A DNA stretch of 64,000 bases from Octopus sinensis (GCF_006345805.1 NC_043007.1:27280001-27344000), one strand, 5' to 3'. Counted from the stretch's first letter, positions 1 to 14,535 are shown. A program made the numbers and translations. Notes: generated by a model from the sequence alone, not told the origin.

Positions 1-101
1 CATACACACACACACACACAGACACAGACGCACACACACAGATATGCATATATGTATATATATATATATATGTGTGTGTGTGTATGTACATGTGCATGCA
101 T

Positions 102-133
<32 letters not shown>

Positions 134-164
134 ATGCATGCACATGTACATACACGCATGTATA

Positions 165-198
<34 letters not shown>

Positions 199-356
199 AA
201 TATATATATATATATGTGTGTGTGTGTGGATGCACATGTACATAACACACACACACACAACACACACGCACATATATATATATATATTATATATATATAT
301 ATATATATGCATGCACATGTACATACACGCATGTATATATCTATATCTATATCCAT

Positions 357-442
<86 letters not shown>

Positions 443-484
443 GTATATATGTATATATATATATTTATATATATGATATATATA

Positions 485-520
<36 letters not shown>

Positions 521-540
521 TATATATTTACATATATATA
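1..540. repeat. Compound (CA)n/(TA)n/(TG)n microsatellite tract, representative of dozens in the window
   Basis: Seen directly: long dinucleotide runs. ORFs here are pure YI/CV/HT repeats. Confidence 0.95.
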
Positions 541-915
541 TATACTATATACACTATCTGATTCGGTTATTGTCTCATTTTAGTTGGAGTGTTCAGGAAG
601 CTTTTGGTAAGGAGATTGCCTGGAAACTCTGCTTGTCAAAAGTTTCGACCTTGTCAAACTTGTCATCTCCATCATATGAGACAAAAATGTGTGCTTTCAG
701 GAAGTTTTCTAGGAAGGTAATGGAGATATGTATGTGACGATGCATTGATACACAACTCTTTATATATGCATGGGCATGTATATATACATTAATATACATA
801 CATACATAAATGTATTCGTATAAACATACAGGCATACATACATATATATTCATAACACACACTAACCACACCCACACACACACACACACACACATATATA
901 TCTATATCTATATAT

Positions 916-968
<53 letters not shown>

Positions 969-1339
969 TGTGTGTGTGTGTGTGTGCATACAATTTGGTT
1001 TTTATGTTCGGTTATAAGAAAATCAATTTTAATTTAATGTGATGGGTTACTGTATACTTTTATAGTCATAACAAGATCATTATTGACAGTAACATCGAAG
1101 TTTCGACAAGCTAACCCATCGTCGGTTATATATATACATATAGGAGAGATACAGACAGACAGACAGAGAGTTAGAGAAAGAGAGAGAGAAGATAATATAT
1201 ATAAATATATATCTATATATATATATATATATATATAAAACTGACCCTGTTATCTCCCTAGTATCCTTCTAGCGTCTAACGTCTGGCCTCTGACCTCTGA
1301 CTTCTGCCTGAAGTCAGAACGCCATGATAGACCGTTAGC

Positions 1340-1530
1340 TCCTACACGCATTTTTTTCTCTCCTTGTTTCTCTCTTTTTTTCGTTTTCTGTGTATCTTTC
1401 TGTCGAAGAGCGTAGGCTCGAAACGTAAAAGACTTGTTCTCTTTCTATTCCTGATCACCATACTAATACATTTGTTTGTTTGTACTCTACCTGCCTTCGT
1501 CTTTTGTGCATTTTCGTAAACCTTTCGTTA
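1340..1530 (+). mobile_element. Family D dispersed repeat, copy 1 (Penelope-like terminal fragment) with variant hammerhead-like motif at 1395-1432
   Basis: Similar copies at 5270, 34838, 60270 and 63107. Motif TCTTT-CTGTCGA-A-GAGC-GTAG-GCTC-GAAA-CG-TA-AAAGA. Ends in (TA)n. Confidence 0.7.
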
Positions 1531-1588
<58 letters not shown>

Positions 1589-1847
1589 AAATTATTCTGT
1601 AGATCTTATGATATAATGCTCTATACTCATATTTTTCAATATGCCCGTGTGCATACATATATCAATGTGCTCGTGCATAAAACTGCGTGTACAAAAGTCA
1701 CATAAGCACAGCCACCAACAATACCTGCATATGCTACCTCTCTCTCTCTCTCTCTCTCTCTCACTTCTATCTATCTATCTATCTGCCTATCTCTCTCTCT
1801 TTGTATCCTTTTCTCTCTTTCTCTCTCGCTCTCTTTGTTGCTGTCTC

Positions 1848-1888
<41 letters not shown>

Positions 1889-1989
1889 GACATGGGAGAC
1901 CAAGCTGTACTTCAGTGAGATCTGTTTGCTACTGGACAGAGAAAAAACAATATGCTTCTAAATGAATATATGTTTGATTTGATACATTT

Positions 1990-2825
1990 TGGTAAAGAGG
2001 AATCTCTGAAATTACCACAAGCTCTTCTCTCGGGTGACTCCCTAGTGTCATCCAACCACACTCGAGTCATTGATGATAACAATCTAAGCTGGAGTTCCCA
2101 CGTAAACAGGCAGGTTTGACTTGACCCCCAAAATGTGCCCCTGGATTCTGAGAACTTTCTGGCCTAGAGATGCCTATAACGTCATCTTTCTCTACTCTAA
2201 TTTTACTCGACCCCACCTTGAATACAGTTGCCCACTGTGTTTCGCCGCCTCATGCGAAGCAACTCCTCATGAAAGTAAAAGCACCCCAGAGGTCAATAAC
2301 AAGATAGATAGACGGCATGAAAGGTATTGATTATTTGGGTCGACTAAAGAAAAAAACTCAATCTCTACTCTCTCCAACACCGCCGGAGGAGCTACATCAT
2401 TTGTGTTATGTGGAAAATATTCTATCAATATTGTACGAATGGTGTTGGCATCACTTTTAAAATCCATCCAAGACTTGGCCACGGTGCTATCCGCCCACTA
2501 CAAAAACCGAACTCGGTACACATAGCAACATTTCCTCACAATTACTTTACCTCAACCGGTCTAGCTCTCTTTAATACCATACCAAAATACCTCAAAACGG
2601 ACACGGAAACGTATCCCATAAAATTCAAATGTTCACAGGACAAATTTCTTCAAAAAATCCCGGACCAACCTGCTACAACCGGATACATCTCCATCTATAG
2701 TAACTCTTTGCTAGAGAGGGCTACACTGACTCATATATGATTAAAAGACTTCACCAGGTGGTGCTATTAAGTTAGACATGGCCGGGCCTATACTAGCAGA
2801 AACCTATCAAAGTTATGAAAGTTAT
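1990..2825 (+). mobile_element. 5'-truncated, frameshifted LINE (CR1/L2/Crack group) RT C-terminus plus 3' UTR
   Basis: Translated pieces NNLSWSSHVN, RPHLEYSCPL, LYSL..RR, MWKIF and KFKCSQDKFLQKIPDQP resemble C-terminal motifs of CR1-group ORF2. Short repeated tail AAAGTTAT. Confidence 0.8.
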
Positions 2826-2875
2826 ATATATATATTATATATATATATATATATATGTACATAAACATATGTGAG

Positions 2876-2929
<54 letters not shown>

Positions 2930-3356
2930 TTGTTGTTATAAGGATATTTATAAGGTTTCGAGAGAAGGCAGTATAACTCAAATTTGAAATTGGTACTTGA
3001 AATACTTTAGGAACTAGAGGAGATCTGAGCTATATCTCCGTGTGCGGCCTTCGTCTTCCATTGTCCGTGGAGGTTTTTTACCACAGTATTTGTATGCGAG
3101 TATTTGAAATATTTGTGGCTCCATCTATACTTCCAGAAACAATCCTGAAAAAACCTTTGATCATAATGATAAGAAAATAAATAAAAAAATTATAAATTCT
3201 GATCAGTTTTTTTCCCGTAAAGGAAAATACCACCTCTCTTTTATTTCTTATAAACTCTCTTCCTCTCTCTCTCTCTTATTCCAAAAGCAACTGTAAGCGG
3301 CAGCTCCAACAGTAGCCATCATAATTTCGCACGTGTGATATATGTGTATGTATGTG

Positions 3357-3440
<84 letters not shown>

Positions 3441-5084
3441 GTTACGTATATGCACATGCATATATACTCACGTGTGTGGCTGTGTCTATATTTACATGTA
3501 CCTCTCCTCAACAATAACCGTTCCAATATATCATTCTGCACCCAGCTTGACATCAGATCTATATCGATTTAGAATGCCATTTTGGATTCGAGATTGCCAT
3601 GTTCAACAGTTGTCGTCTCCATGGTGATTTGTCTTTGGTTCTATGATAATATTTTCTATATCTTTGATGTTGTCCTGTATCAAGTTCCCGGATGCTATTT
3701 TATTTTTCTTTCTTCTTGGAAGCTTTTTTTGTGTGTGTGTGTATGTGTTTCTGTGTGTTTCTTTGATCCCTTGTCGGTTTGCGTCAGTAAATTTATGACT
3801 CCTACATAAATGCACCAAAATGTTTTAAAATTATTATCTTTGAGGCCTTCACTTTAAACATTGTTGAACGGGCTTCAAGAGCCTTGTCGTGTTGTGCCAT
3901 GTATCGTGTTCTTGTAATTAGTTACAGATGTTTTAGTAAATATTAGCCAGGATAGTGCGCGTGTTTATACTGTGTCTGCCAGCTAAAGTTATTTGAACTA
4001 TACACGTTTTCAACTTCGTATACCAGAAGAAAAAAAACAAAGATTGGCTGATCGCTACTCGACACATAAAAATAGTGCTTTCATAGAACCCTTGTCCTTC
4101 GCATTAATAATTCGGCACTATGGCATCAGCTAGATGCCCCGAATGTTTCCAGGAGTCATCGTCCTAGGGCACAACATATTTCTCAGTCCTTACAATGAGT
4201 CAGGCTATATTTCAATGCTCATTGGCATTTATGTGAGATACAAGGTGAAGGGGGACCAGTTCTCATCCAAAGTGACTGGTCGATATCGTCTATAACTTAA
4301 CACACGTCATCTCATGGTGTGTTACATGCCCCGCTCTCGCTTCTTCATCTCTGTTGATCTTGCATCTCCCGCACTTTCTATCGTTCTATCTTTCACGTAC
4401 TTATGGACAGATTCTCCGTACCACTTCAGGCAAAACCCCTCGGTTCTCTCACGTAGTGTCTCTGCTCACTCGACGCCACGAACCAGTTTAGTTTCGCACG
4501 AGACGTTCACCTTTTGGTCTCGCAAGTATATTATAACAACTTCTGCTTACTTCATATTATTTATCTGAAAAATTGCGCCATTTATGGTCCCGAGATCTAC
4601 CATTCATTTTCAAATTGCTATTTCGGAGAGGGCTATGTGACTCGAATCCAATCAGCATCAAACATCATTACACTTCTCAGCTGGATTCCTTAGCGCCACC
4701 CACTGGGACTCTGTATAACATTTAGTTATTTGCTGCTTGTCTCGGCTCCAAGAATTAAACTTGCGAGTTTTTCTGCTAATCGTATGTCTGTTATTTTTTT
4801 TCATGGTGATGATGATGATGATGATATTGATGAAGGTGATGATGATGATATCTTTCTGGTGGACATGTTCGTATGTGTTCATAAATACAAAGCCACCTAT
4901 GTCTATGCAGGTGTATATATATGTATATATACATATATATTTCATTTCATACGTATATATATATTACACACGCACACACACACACACACGGAGCATGATC
5001 CTTCACCCCAGCTAATTTGTCTGCAAGTCTCAAAATTGCTGTTACCTCTGTGCACGAAGAGTTCACATGAATATGCGCGCTCAG

Positions 5085-5127
<43 letters not shown>

Positions 5128-5269
5128 AATTCATAAATATATCTCCTTTCGTAGAAGCTGGGCATCTGGTACAATTTACCTGCCTCAGTTATTAGACGGC
5201 GGCCATCGCGGAGAAACAACATAAAGAAAATTTTAGTTGAACAGAATGACCCCTGTACATTTTACTAAG

Positions 5270-5428
5270 AGAGAGAGTTGGAATTTACAACAAAAAAAAA
5301 GCAAAAGACGAAACGAGTTTGTAAACAACAAACAGATGTATTAGTTTAACGCTCGGGAATTGAGAAAGTCTATTACATTTCGAGCCTACGCTCTTCCACA
5401 GAAACGAATACAGAAATAAGCGGAGATA
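5270..5428 (-). mobile_element. Family D repeat, copy 2 (HHR-like motif 5369-5405)
   Basis: Reverse complement reads TTTCTGTGGAAGAGCGTAGGCTCGAAATGTAATAGAC, matching copy 1. Confidence 0.7.
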
Positions 5429-5449
5429 GTATATATATATATATATTAT

Positions 5450-5486
<37 letters not shown>

Positions 5487-5689
5487 ATAATAATAATAAT
5501 AATAATAATAATGATAATAATAGGGGAAAATTCAATTTATAAATATTAAATCAAATTTCACAAAATATAATATATATATATATATGTATATATACATACA
5601 TAAATACATATATATATACATATATATATCAATGTAATATCTATCTATATATGTGTGTGTGTATGTATATATATATATTGATGTGTGTG

Positions 5690-5721
<32 letters not shown>

Positions 5722-5863
5722 ATAGAGAGAGAGAGAGAGAGAGAGAGATGCGTGTGTGTGTATATATGTATGTATGTGCATTGTATGCACGTGTTGTTTG
5801 TGTGGGTGTGTTTGTTCGCCTGTTTGTCTCCCAACACAGCATGGCACTCGGTGTTGGGGAGTG

Positions 5864-5902
<39 letters not shown>

Positions 5903-5904
5903 TA

Positions 5905-6010
5905 TGTCTTTCAGTTTCCGTTTAACAAATCCACTCAGAGACCCTTGCTCAGAGCGAGACTATATTAGGAGACACTCACTCAAGCTGCCACGCAGTGAGA
6001 CTGAATGCCT
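5905..6010 (-). mobile_element. Degenerate fragment of SINE family B
   Basis: CTTTCAGTTTCCGT..CAAATCCACTCA..GACTATA..GACACT..CAAG.TGCCACGCAGTG resembles 36410-36505. Confidence 0.6.
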
Positions 6011-6559
6011 ACGCCTTTATAGAGAATATCCCTAGTGACTCTCTTTGCGTTCACAGAATATTTTTAAAGTGAATTAAATTCTGTACACATTGCAGCCAAA
6101 TGTTACCCAACGAAGTGTATCATCCTATGATGTTGAAAATTCAAAATTAACCTTTCAGTATTTAACCAGTTCAGTTGTAGAAATACCCAAGATATTTAAC
6201 GTTGTCTCCAAATCTTCAACGCTATGCCATTTAAATCTCGAGCGACGCCGGGTAGGTCTGCTAGTAAGAGATAAATTCATGATATTCCCCTATTAAATGC
6301 GTTTCCCATTTAGTTGTTTTTTCTTAATATATCTCTCCTTCTCTCCTTTTCTCTCACTCTCTCCCCTATCTCTCCCCTCACTCGCTCTGCTTAATAATAT
6401 ATTATACAAACACACACACACACATATGTATACCATATATAGATATATATATATATATATAGTATATATATATATATATATACATATATAGATATATATA
6501 TATGTATATATATTGTATATAGTATATATATATATATATATAATATATATATATATAGA

Positions 6560-6599
<40 letters not shown>

Positions 6600-6612
6600 G
6601 ATATATATATAT

Positions 6613-6643
<31 letters not shown>

Positions 6644-7224
6644 GTACATATTTTATCTATGTTAGTGTGTTTGTGTAGCTGCGTGTAGATGTGTGTATGT
6701 ATATATGCTTGTATGTATATGCATTATGTATGTATATATGTATTGTATGTTCATAGTGTTGTATGTGTATGGTCTGGTTCGATATGAGGAATGCGTTGGT
6801 TGTACTTCAACGACAGATGTCTCGGAGCCTCACAGCAAGAATCTGATATTTTCAGGTCAGATCTGGTGAATCAAATAAACTCTATCTTTGACATTTATGA
6901 CCGACGCCTTTGATTCCGAACGATTCGCTGGAATTGGCAAGCAAAGGTGAATTCATCGCTTAGTGTACGAACCGCATAGAGTGCTACCGGGCGGTTCTTA
7001 GTGCTTTGTGGTTTTTGTGCTTTGAAGTGAAACCACAAGCAAGGTCTTTGTCACCGGTACGAACTGTTAATAGGTTTCTTTATCTAAATTAATGTTTAAT
7101 TGAACAAACATTGAAAAATCTACCGTGTGCAATTTTGTCTTTCACACGAGACTGTATATGGCTATATGTTTTGGAAAGTATATGTTCTTGTATTATGGTA
7201 AACATGAGCGACGATATACGTACG

Positions 7225-7960
7225 TATGTCATTGTTCAGTTTTATTTCAAGCATTCTTGCCAGTAGAGAAGGATCCGGTTTCTAACCCAGATCCAAGGCT
7301 CCTTCATTGGAATTTCAAAATTAACAGGATATTTTCTTGTTTGTATGTATGCATGTGTGTATGTATGTATGCATGTGTATGTATGTATGTATGTATGTAT
7401 GTATGTATGTATGTATGTATGCATGCATGTATGTATGTATGTATGTGTGGAGGCGCAATGGCGCAGTGGTTAGGGCGGCGAACTCGCGGTCGGAGGATCG
7501 CGGTTTCGATTCCCAGACCGGGCGTTGTGAGTGTTTATTGAGCGAAAACACCTACAAGCTTCACGAGTCTCCGGCAGGGGGTGGTGGCGACCCCTGTTGT
7601 ACTCTTTCTCTCAGTCTCTCTTCCTGCTTCTTGAGTAGCACTGCGATGGACTGGCGTCCCGTCCAACTGGGTGGGGGGGGACACATATCTCACAGAAAGG
7701 CTTGAAAAGGGCGACGTTTATCGTTTTCATCGTATGTATGTGTGTATGTATGTATGTACAGATTTGTATGTTTTGCTTTATGTATGTATTCTCATGCACA
7801 TAGTCGCATATCTAGACATGCACATATATATATAAAATTTTTAACCTATTTTAATGTTTTACAGATTTTTACAGTTCTATTCATGAATTGAATTTGTAGT
7901 CTTCGAATCAGCTTTCTCCTCTCTGGTTTTGAGAAGCCTAATTTCACAAGAGCGGTGTTC
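7225..7960. repeat. Dispersed repeat family E with internal (TATG)n, interrupted by a SINE
   Basis: Same two blocks (TAGAGAA..CCGGTTTCTAACC.AGATCC.AGGCTCCTTCATTG and CAGATTTGTAT..TTCTCATGCA..TCTAGACATGC..GGTTTTGAGAAGCCTAATTTC) at 12742-13320. First block also at 39605-39720. Confidence 0.75.
7447..7730 (+). mobile_element. tRNA-derived SINE family A (tail type 1)
   Basis: Head GTGGAGGCGCAATGGCGCAGTGGTTAGGG..GGTTTCGATTCCC has Pol III A/B-box-like motifs. Seven copies in the window. Confidence 0.9.
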
Positions 7961-8233
7961 GGGCAGTGTATTATGAGCTCCACGGTCCCAATAATTAAAG
8001 GTAAAAGCCTGAATATTTAACTTGGATATGTAGGTATGCATGTACGTACCAGTGTATGTAGGCATTTATCAATTAAACTATCTTTCTCTCTCTCTCTCTC
8101 AATCACTCTCTGTCTCTCTCTCTCTATCTATCTATCTACATACCTACCTATCCACCTATGTTTCTTTGTGTCTGTCTATTTATCTGTCTTATATATATTA
8201 CAGAAGGGGAGCTCTAAGCAGTGATACGAAAAA

Positions 8234-8793
8234 TTGTAATGTTATTACATATCCGAATATGCTTGAGACATGTTCGAGCAGGTAAACAAGCTACTCACAG
8301 AAAATATATCCCGTTTGTTGACAAATGTTGTGTATATACTTTGATCAGCTCGCAACGCCGTCTAACCAGACCGTGAGATGCAGGCATTTAGGAGTAGTTA
8401 TCTCCTCCTCGGTCACGGAAATCGGGCTGTTAGTGCTGCGAACTGATTGAATGGACTAATTTCCCTAAGCCTCTCCAGTTGCCAAACGGCGACTGGCAGC
8501 ACTGTAGTTTCCTTACGCTGAGCCGCTGAACAGCGCTGGCAGTCACCGTATGGTAAGTGGAGAGGCTTAGGAGAATTAGTCCGTTCAATCAGTTCGCTGC
8601 TCCGTCTGCCCGATATCCGTTAGCAAAGAGGAGATAACTACTGGGTAATGCTTGCACCTTACGGTCTGTCTAAAAGGGGCTGCGAGTTTATCGAAGTGTA
8701 TAGACGCCATTTGTCAACACAGGATATATTTTCCGTAACAAAACGCAAAAACGCAATGAGCGGCGTGTTCGCCGGTTTGAATAAAATTACAAG
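8234..8793. mobile_element. Long imperfect foldback element (MITE-like palindrome)
   Basis: Left arm ~8297-8505 is the reverse complement of right arm ~8530-8737 (e.g. GTAGTTATCTCCTC/GAGGAGATAACTAC, CTAAGCCTCTCCA/TGGAGAGGCTTAG). Weaker match extends to TTGTAAT/ATTACAA termini. Confidence 0.75.
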
Positions 8794-8803
8794 ATATATA
8801 TAT

Positions 8804-8885
<82 letters not shown>

Positions 8886-9059
8886 TATATATATATACAC
8901 CAACACACATCCCAAACGGATAACGCAGTTGATATCATTAGCCTGTAGCTGGAATAATGGAATAGGAACATTTATCCCAGATTCAAAAGGTTTCCCGTAA
9001 ACGAACTTTTAGGACAACAACAACACAACACACACACACACCAACACACAAACACAATA

Positions 9060-9101
<42 letters not shown>

Positions 9102-9304
9102 ATATTGTTGATAATTATGAGTGTCTTTGTGTATGGTCGTTCTGTGTTTCTTATATTCCTCCGATAGTGTTTTAAATGAAGGCAGTTGCGTGCGGAGACA
9201 CGCACTTGTATTCATTGTAAAGGGTTTTGTCTCGAGCCGAGTGCGTACGCATATATTTAGGATATTCATTGGTGTTTAGCCATTTGTCGATAGATGTGTA
9301 TGTA

Positions 9305-9352
<48 letters not shown>

Positions 9353-9722
9353 CTTTAATTGTACGTTCACGATTAATTATTTAACTGTATTATGTAAACG
9401 CTGGTATATTGTGTTTCTTTTCGGTTGCGTCAGTAAATTTCTAATAAATGTGTATAGACGTGAATGCAGGAGCATTCTCTCTCTGTCTCTCTCTCCCTCT
9501 CTTCGTCTCTCCCTTTCTCCCATCTCCCTCTCCATCTATCTCCCTCTCTCTTTTTCCCTCTCTCTCGCTCTGTCGCTCTCTCCATGTCTCTCTCTCCAAC
9601 TCTATCACTCTTTCACCATGTCCCGCTTCCTCCCTCTTCTTCTCTCCCTCTCCCCCTCTTTGTGGTGTATGTTTGTGTGTGTCTTTTCTCTCATTGAAAG
9701 ATCAACATTATTTATCAATTTA

Positions 9723-9941
9723 TACGAGGGGATCCTGAAAAGTTCCTGGTTTTAAGTGTATCACAAAGGCCTGGCTGGAGGCCGAGCATTCCGAATTCTT
9801 TTACAGGGTGTCGAAAATCTGAAGGACGCTACAACAAATGTGTGAACCTGAGAGGTGAATACGATGTGTGAAATCAAAATTAACTGATCCTCCTGTGTAT
9901 TCTTTTACCGAAAACCAGGGACATTGTAGCACACCCTAGTA
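9723..9941 (+). mobile_element. Mariner-derived MITE
   Basis: TIRs TACGAGGGGATCCTGAAAAGTTCCTGGTTTT and AAAACCAGGGACATTGTAGCACACCCTAGTA with TA flanks. Internal remnant encodes RYNKCVNLRGEY, like a mariner transposase C-terminus. Sister copy at 16683. Confidence 0.8.
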
Positions 9942-11374
9942 TAAGTCACTTTTCACACGAGTAGGATGTTGCCCCAATTAAGGGCAAGCACCAGCAAAGT
10001 TTAATACTAATGTCATCAGAGATTTTCGCATCCAAGAATCAAAAGCCAGATCACGTACTGTAGACCAGCCTGGTCAGTGTTTGAAACAGTTTCGACTCTC
10101 CGCCACTCTAGGTCGGCAAATTGTATTCCTCACGGCAAAGACGCCTTCGGCGAAATTTGGTTCTGGAAGGTGTAGAGCTTCTGGAATCCTTCTAATTATT
10201 CTATCGAATATTCTCAGCCAATTGAGTGTCTTCTGAAAGATTTGATACTGTGTTTTATGTAAATTGATGTTATGTAAATATGTGCATCCAGTTATTTGTG
10301 TGTGTATGTGTATGATTGCATCTTTTTATGGATTGATTGAATGCATGTATATGAGTGAGTGTATATGTGTGCATGTGCGCATTTTAAATGCATCTATATA
10401 TGCATCCATGTATCGTATCTATCTTATATATATATATATAAATATATATATATATGTATGTATGTATATATGCGTTTGTATATATACATATATATATACA
10501 CACATATACATTTATAGTACATTTGTGAATGTGTGTAAGTGATGCGTGTGTGTGTGTATGTGTGTGAGTGTGTGTGTGTGTGTGTGTATGAGGGAGTGAG
10601 GCGTGCATGTCTGTGAGTGTTTGTTGAAACTAATTCTTTGATTCCACTCCTTTACAATTTCTAAGCTTTCTCTTTTACGCAGGGAGAGATACACGTACCC
10701 TCGAGAAAATGTATACGTGTGTGCGTGTTCATGCGTGTGTGTGTCTGTGCATATATGTGTCTGCGGTACAGAAAGAGTGTGTGCGTGGTGTTGTATGTGT
10801 GCATGAAGTATGTGTAATTTTCTGTGAATGTATCAGTCTTTTTCAATTTGTCTCTGCAGTTCCTTCGTTGTTAACTACGCCTCCAAATTTAACGTTTCAT
10901 TCAATAAAATAACTCTCTCCATTACTCTCTTTCCATCTCTCTACCTCTTCCTCATATTTCTCTCCATCTTTTGCCCCTTCTATCTTCCAATGCCTCTTTG
11001 GGTTTTCTTATCTCGTTCATGGCCACTATGCTTTTCCCTACTCATCTCTCAGCAAACTCTCCATCCGTCCTTCTCGATATTATCCATGACCTCCTCTCAT
11101 TGATTCCTTTACGTTTCTCCCTAATCTTCTTATCATCTCTCTTTCCTACACACTATCTCTCACCCACTCTCTCTCTCTCTCCCTCTCTCGCTTTCAGTCT
11201 CTCTCACTCTCTCCCATCTCATTGTTTCTCTCGCTTTCTCTTTCACATGTCCTCTTCTCTTTATCTGCATTTCTAATTACTCAACCAACCTAACTTTCTC
11301 TCTTCGAATTCCACTCTGTGTCTCCGCCTCTATTTTTGTCCCGCGTATTTTCTTCCATTTCTCTTTCACTGTCT

Positions 11375-11375
11375 C

Positions 11376-11444
<69 letters not shown>

Positions 11445-11512
11445 ATATCTATCTATCTATCTATCTTTCTATCTATCTATCTATCCATATATCTATCTCT
11501 ATCTATCTATCA

Positions 11513-11554
<42 letters not shown>

Positions 11555-12173
11555 ATCTATCTATCTATCTATCTGTCTATATATTTTTATATCTATCAAT
11601 TAATATCTGCCTTTCCCCACCTCGATCACCGTTCGCCTCCCTCTTATCACAAGTTTAATTATTAGTTCTTAACAGCTTTTAAACTTATATTTGGTCAATG
11701 TTCTAACAAGCATCTCTCACATACTGTATCCATATTCCAGTCACATTCTATCTATATTTCACCCTCGTTCACTTCTCTGTCTTTTTACTCTCTGTCTGTC
11801 TGTCTCTCTCTCTCTTCCTCTCTCTATATCCATCCATCTCTTTCTGTTTCACACAAACACGGACACACATTATGTCACTATCCTGTCCTTCTGTCTGGCT
11901 ATCTATCTATTTATCTATCTAACCATCTACCCATACATTCACACATCACTCCATCTATCTATCCATCCATCCATCCGTCCACACCCATCCATGTATCTTT
12001 TTATCTATCTACTTATCTATCTACTTATCCATCCATTTATCTACCCATCTGGCCATCCATCTATCTCTCTAGCTAGCTATCTGTTTATCTAGCCATCAAT
12101 ATATCCATCCATCTACCTATCTATATATCTATCTATATATCTTTCTTTCTTTCAATCTATCTATCTATCTATC

Positions 12174-12230
<57 letters not shown>

Positions 12231-12338
12231 ATCTTCTATCTATGTTTCTATCTCTCCATCTCTCCATCTATCTATCTTTCAATCTATCTATCCACCTATG
12301 TATCTATCGATCTATCTATCTATGTTTCTTTATTTCTT

Positions 12339-12384
<46 letters not shown>

Positions 12385-12400
12385 GATCTATCTATCTTTT
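11375..12400. repeat. (TATC)n/(CATC)n tetranucleotide microsatellite cluster
   Basis: Seen directly. Confidence 0.95.
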
Positions 12401-12741
12401 GCCTTCTATATCAAACACAGCCATAGTATTTTATAAGCCAATTACGACAGGGTTGTTCGGTTAAAGCTAAAAGTAAAAGCTGGAAATTAGACAAAAATCT
12501 TATTTATTTTTAATAAGATTTCATGTTTTTCATTCTCGTTAGTTTTCCGTTTCTTGTATCCGGCCTTTAATTTATTCTCCTTCAACTAGGCGCGGGGAAA
12601 ATTTTTACTGAAGATTGGGTGAGGTTGAACGGTGTGAGTGATTTATATACGGTCATATCAAAAGTAGCATGTTCCTTCCAAATTCAACTGGACCTCCGAA
12701 AAGTTATAACTAAGGCATTCTTAAGTATAACTATGTGCGTA

Positions 12742-13320
<579 letters not shown>

Positions 13321-13322
13321 AC

Positions 13323-13645
13323 TGTTATATCGCACGTTCGAATGACCTCTGCTCAACTCCTCAACGTCTAGACCTCTCCCTCTATATCTACGTATTGGGC
13401 TAGCCTACTTCATTGTCTGGGGCTGTCAACACAACACCTCCCCCTTTTGAGTTTTTAAACCGGGATTTCTTAATTTTATTTCCTCGGTGAGAAGCTAGCA
13501 TATCGTTTTCTCTTAGCGTTAATTTCTATCATTTCTGTAGGTTTTCTGTTCCTCTTCACCCTACGTGCCGGTTCTGCTTTTGATTGTGGTTCTGGGACCT
13601 CGAACAAATCATACCATAAATCCATTGGTTCTTCTCGCCTCAACA
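13323..13645 (-). mobile_element. 3' end of an LTR retrotransposon (Gypsy-like): pol tail, polypurine tract and short 3' LTR (13323-13436)
   Basis: Minus strand shows basic tail RRVKRNRKPTEMIEINAKRKRY*, then PPT AAAAGGGGGAGG directly abutting TGTT..., with the segment ending ...AACA (TG..CA termini). Confidence 0.6.
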
Positions 13646-13689
13646 GAAACAGAAAGAAAGAGTAATAGAAAAGTGTAGTGGAAGACACA

Positions 13690-14329
13690 GCAGGTTTTGC
13701 CACCGCCACAGCAGCCGGAACCTCGAAACGCTTTAGGTATTTTTGCAGAAAGTGTATGGAAAGGAGTGTATGAACCGCACACACGTGTACGAGCGGTTCA
13801 GACGTTTCCAAGATGGCTGAAAACATGTCGATATTGACGAACGAGCTCTAAGGGGAAATCGTCGAATCACCATCTGAGCTATGAGAGGATGTGCAGTTTA
13901 GTTACGGTTCAGTTCAGTCCATGATCAATGAATATTTGGATAGGAGACGCGTGTCTGCCAAATTTGTGCCAAAACAGCTTTCAGCTGACCAAATAGACAC
14001 TCGGCTTTCAGTGGAAGAATATCTCCATGACTGTGTCGAGAACGTAGAAAAATTTTTGAAAGCTTTGCGTAGGTATCTCCAAGCTTTTGACAAAGTTATA
14101 GGCAGATTCTCAGCTCAAATTTCTCGGTCAAGGTTAATGCGACGTTCATACGCTACACACCTTGCTTTCAAGCACTGCTGTAAACAGTGAATGTGAACTA
14201 GAACTTTAAACCTTTGTGAGCATGCTCCCAACAGAGTTCAAAGTCAATCTCTGCCGAGCGGCTTTACAATGCGTGCTTTAGCTTCGTTACTATGGCAACA
14301 GTCCGGATAGTTATAGATCAGAATACGTA
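13690..14329 (+). mobile_element. Internally deleted mariner transposon remnant (HTH region)
   Basis: ORF 13891-14190 contains SYGSVQSMINEYLDRRRVSAKFVPKQLS (WVPxxL-type motif). End GTCCGGATAGTTATAGATCAGAATACGTA resembles a mariner TIR. Confidence 0.8.
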
Positions 14330-14535
14330 TGTATATCTACATACACGAAAAACACGACTGAAAAGGATCATTTACAATGTGTTTGCAAATCCATTTCCCA
14401 AGATACACTTTCAGCTTCGTAACTAATATCATTGGTACAACAGGATACATACCTGCTCGTTTGCAGCAAAGTATGGCTGAAGTTGACTTCTTGAGAAGAG
14501 AATACAAATCCTTAATTCTTAAACTACAAACGATC

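Noticed and set aside
1088-1128. Possible decayed HHR on the minus strand (UAAC-CGACGA..GAAA-CUUCG-AU-GUUA)
   Set aside because: Core and cleavage triplet are both corrupted. Too weak to call.
6808-6840. HHR-like string on the minus strand (CUGUGA-GGCUCC-GAGA-CAUCUG-UC)
   Set aside because: Core is one base short, GAAA is altered and stem I does not pair.
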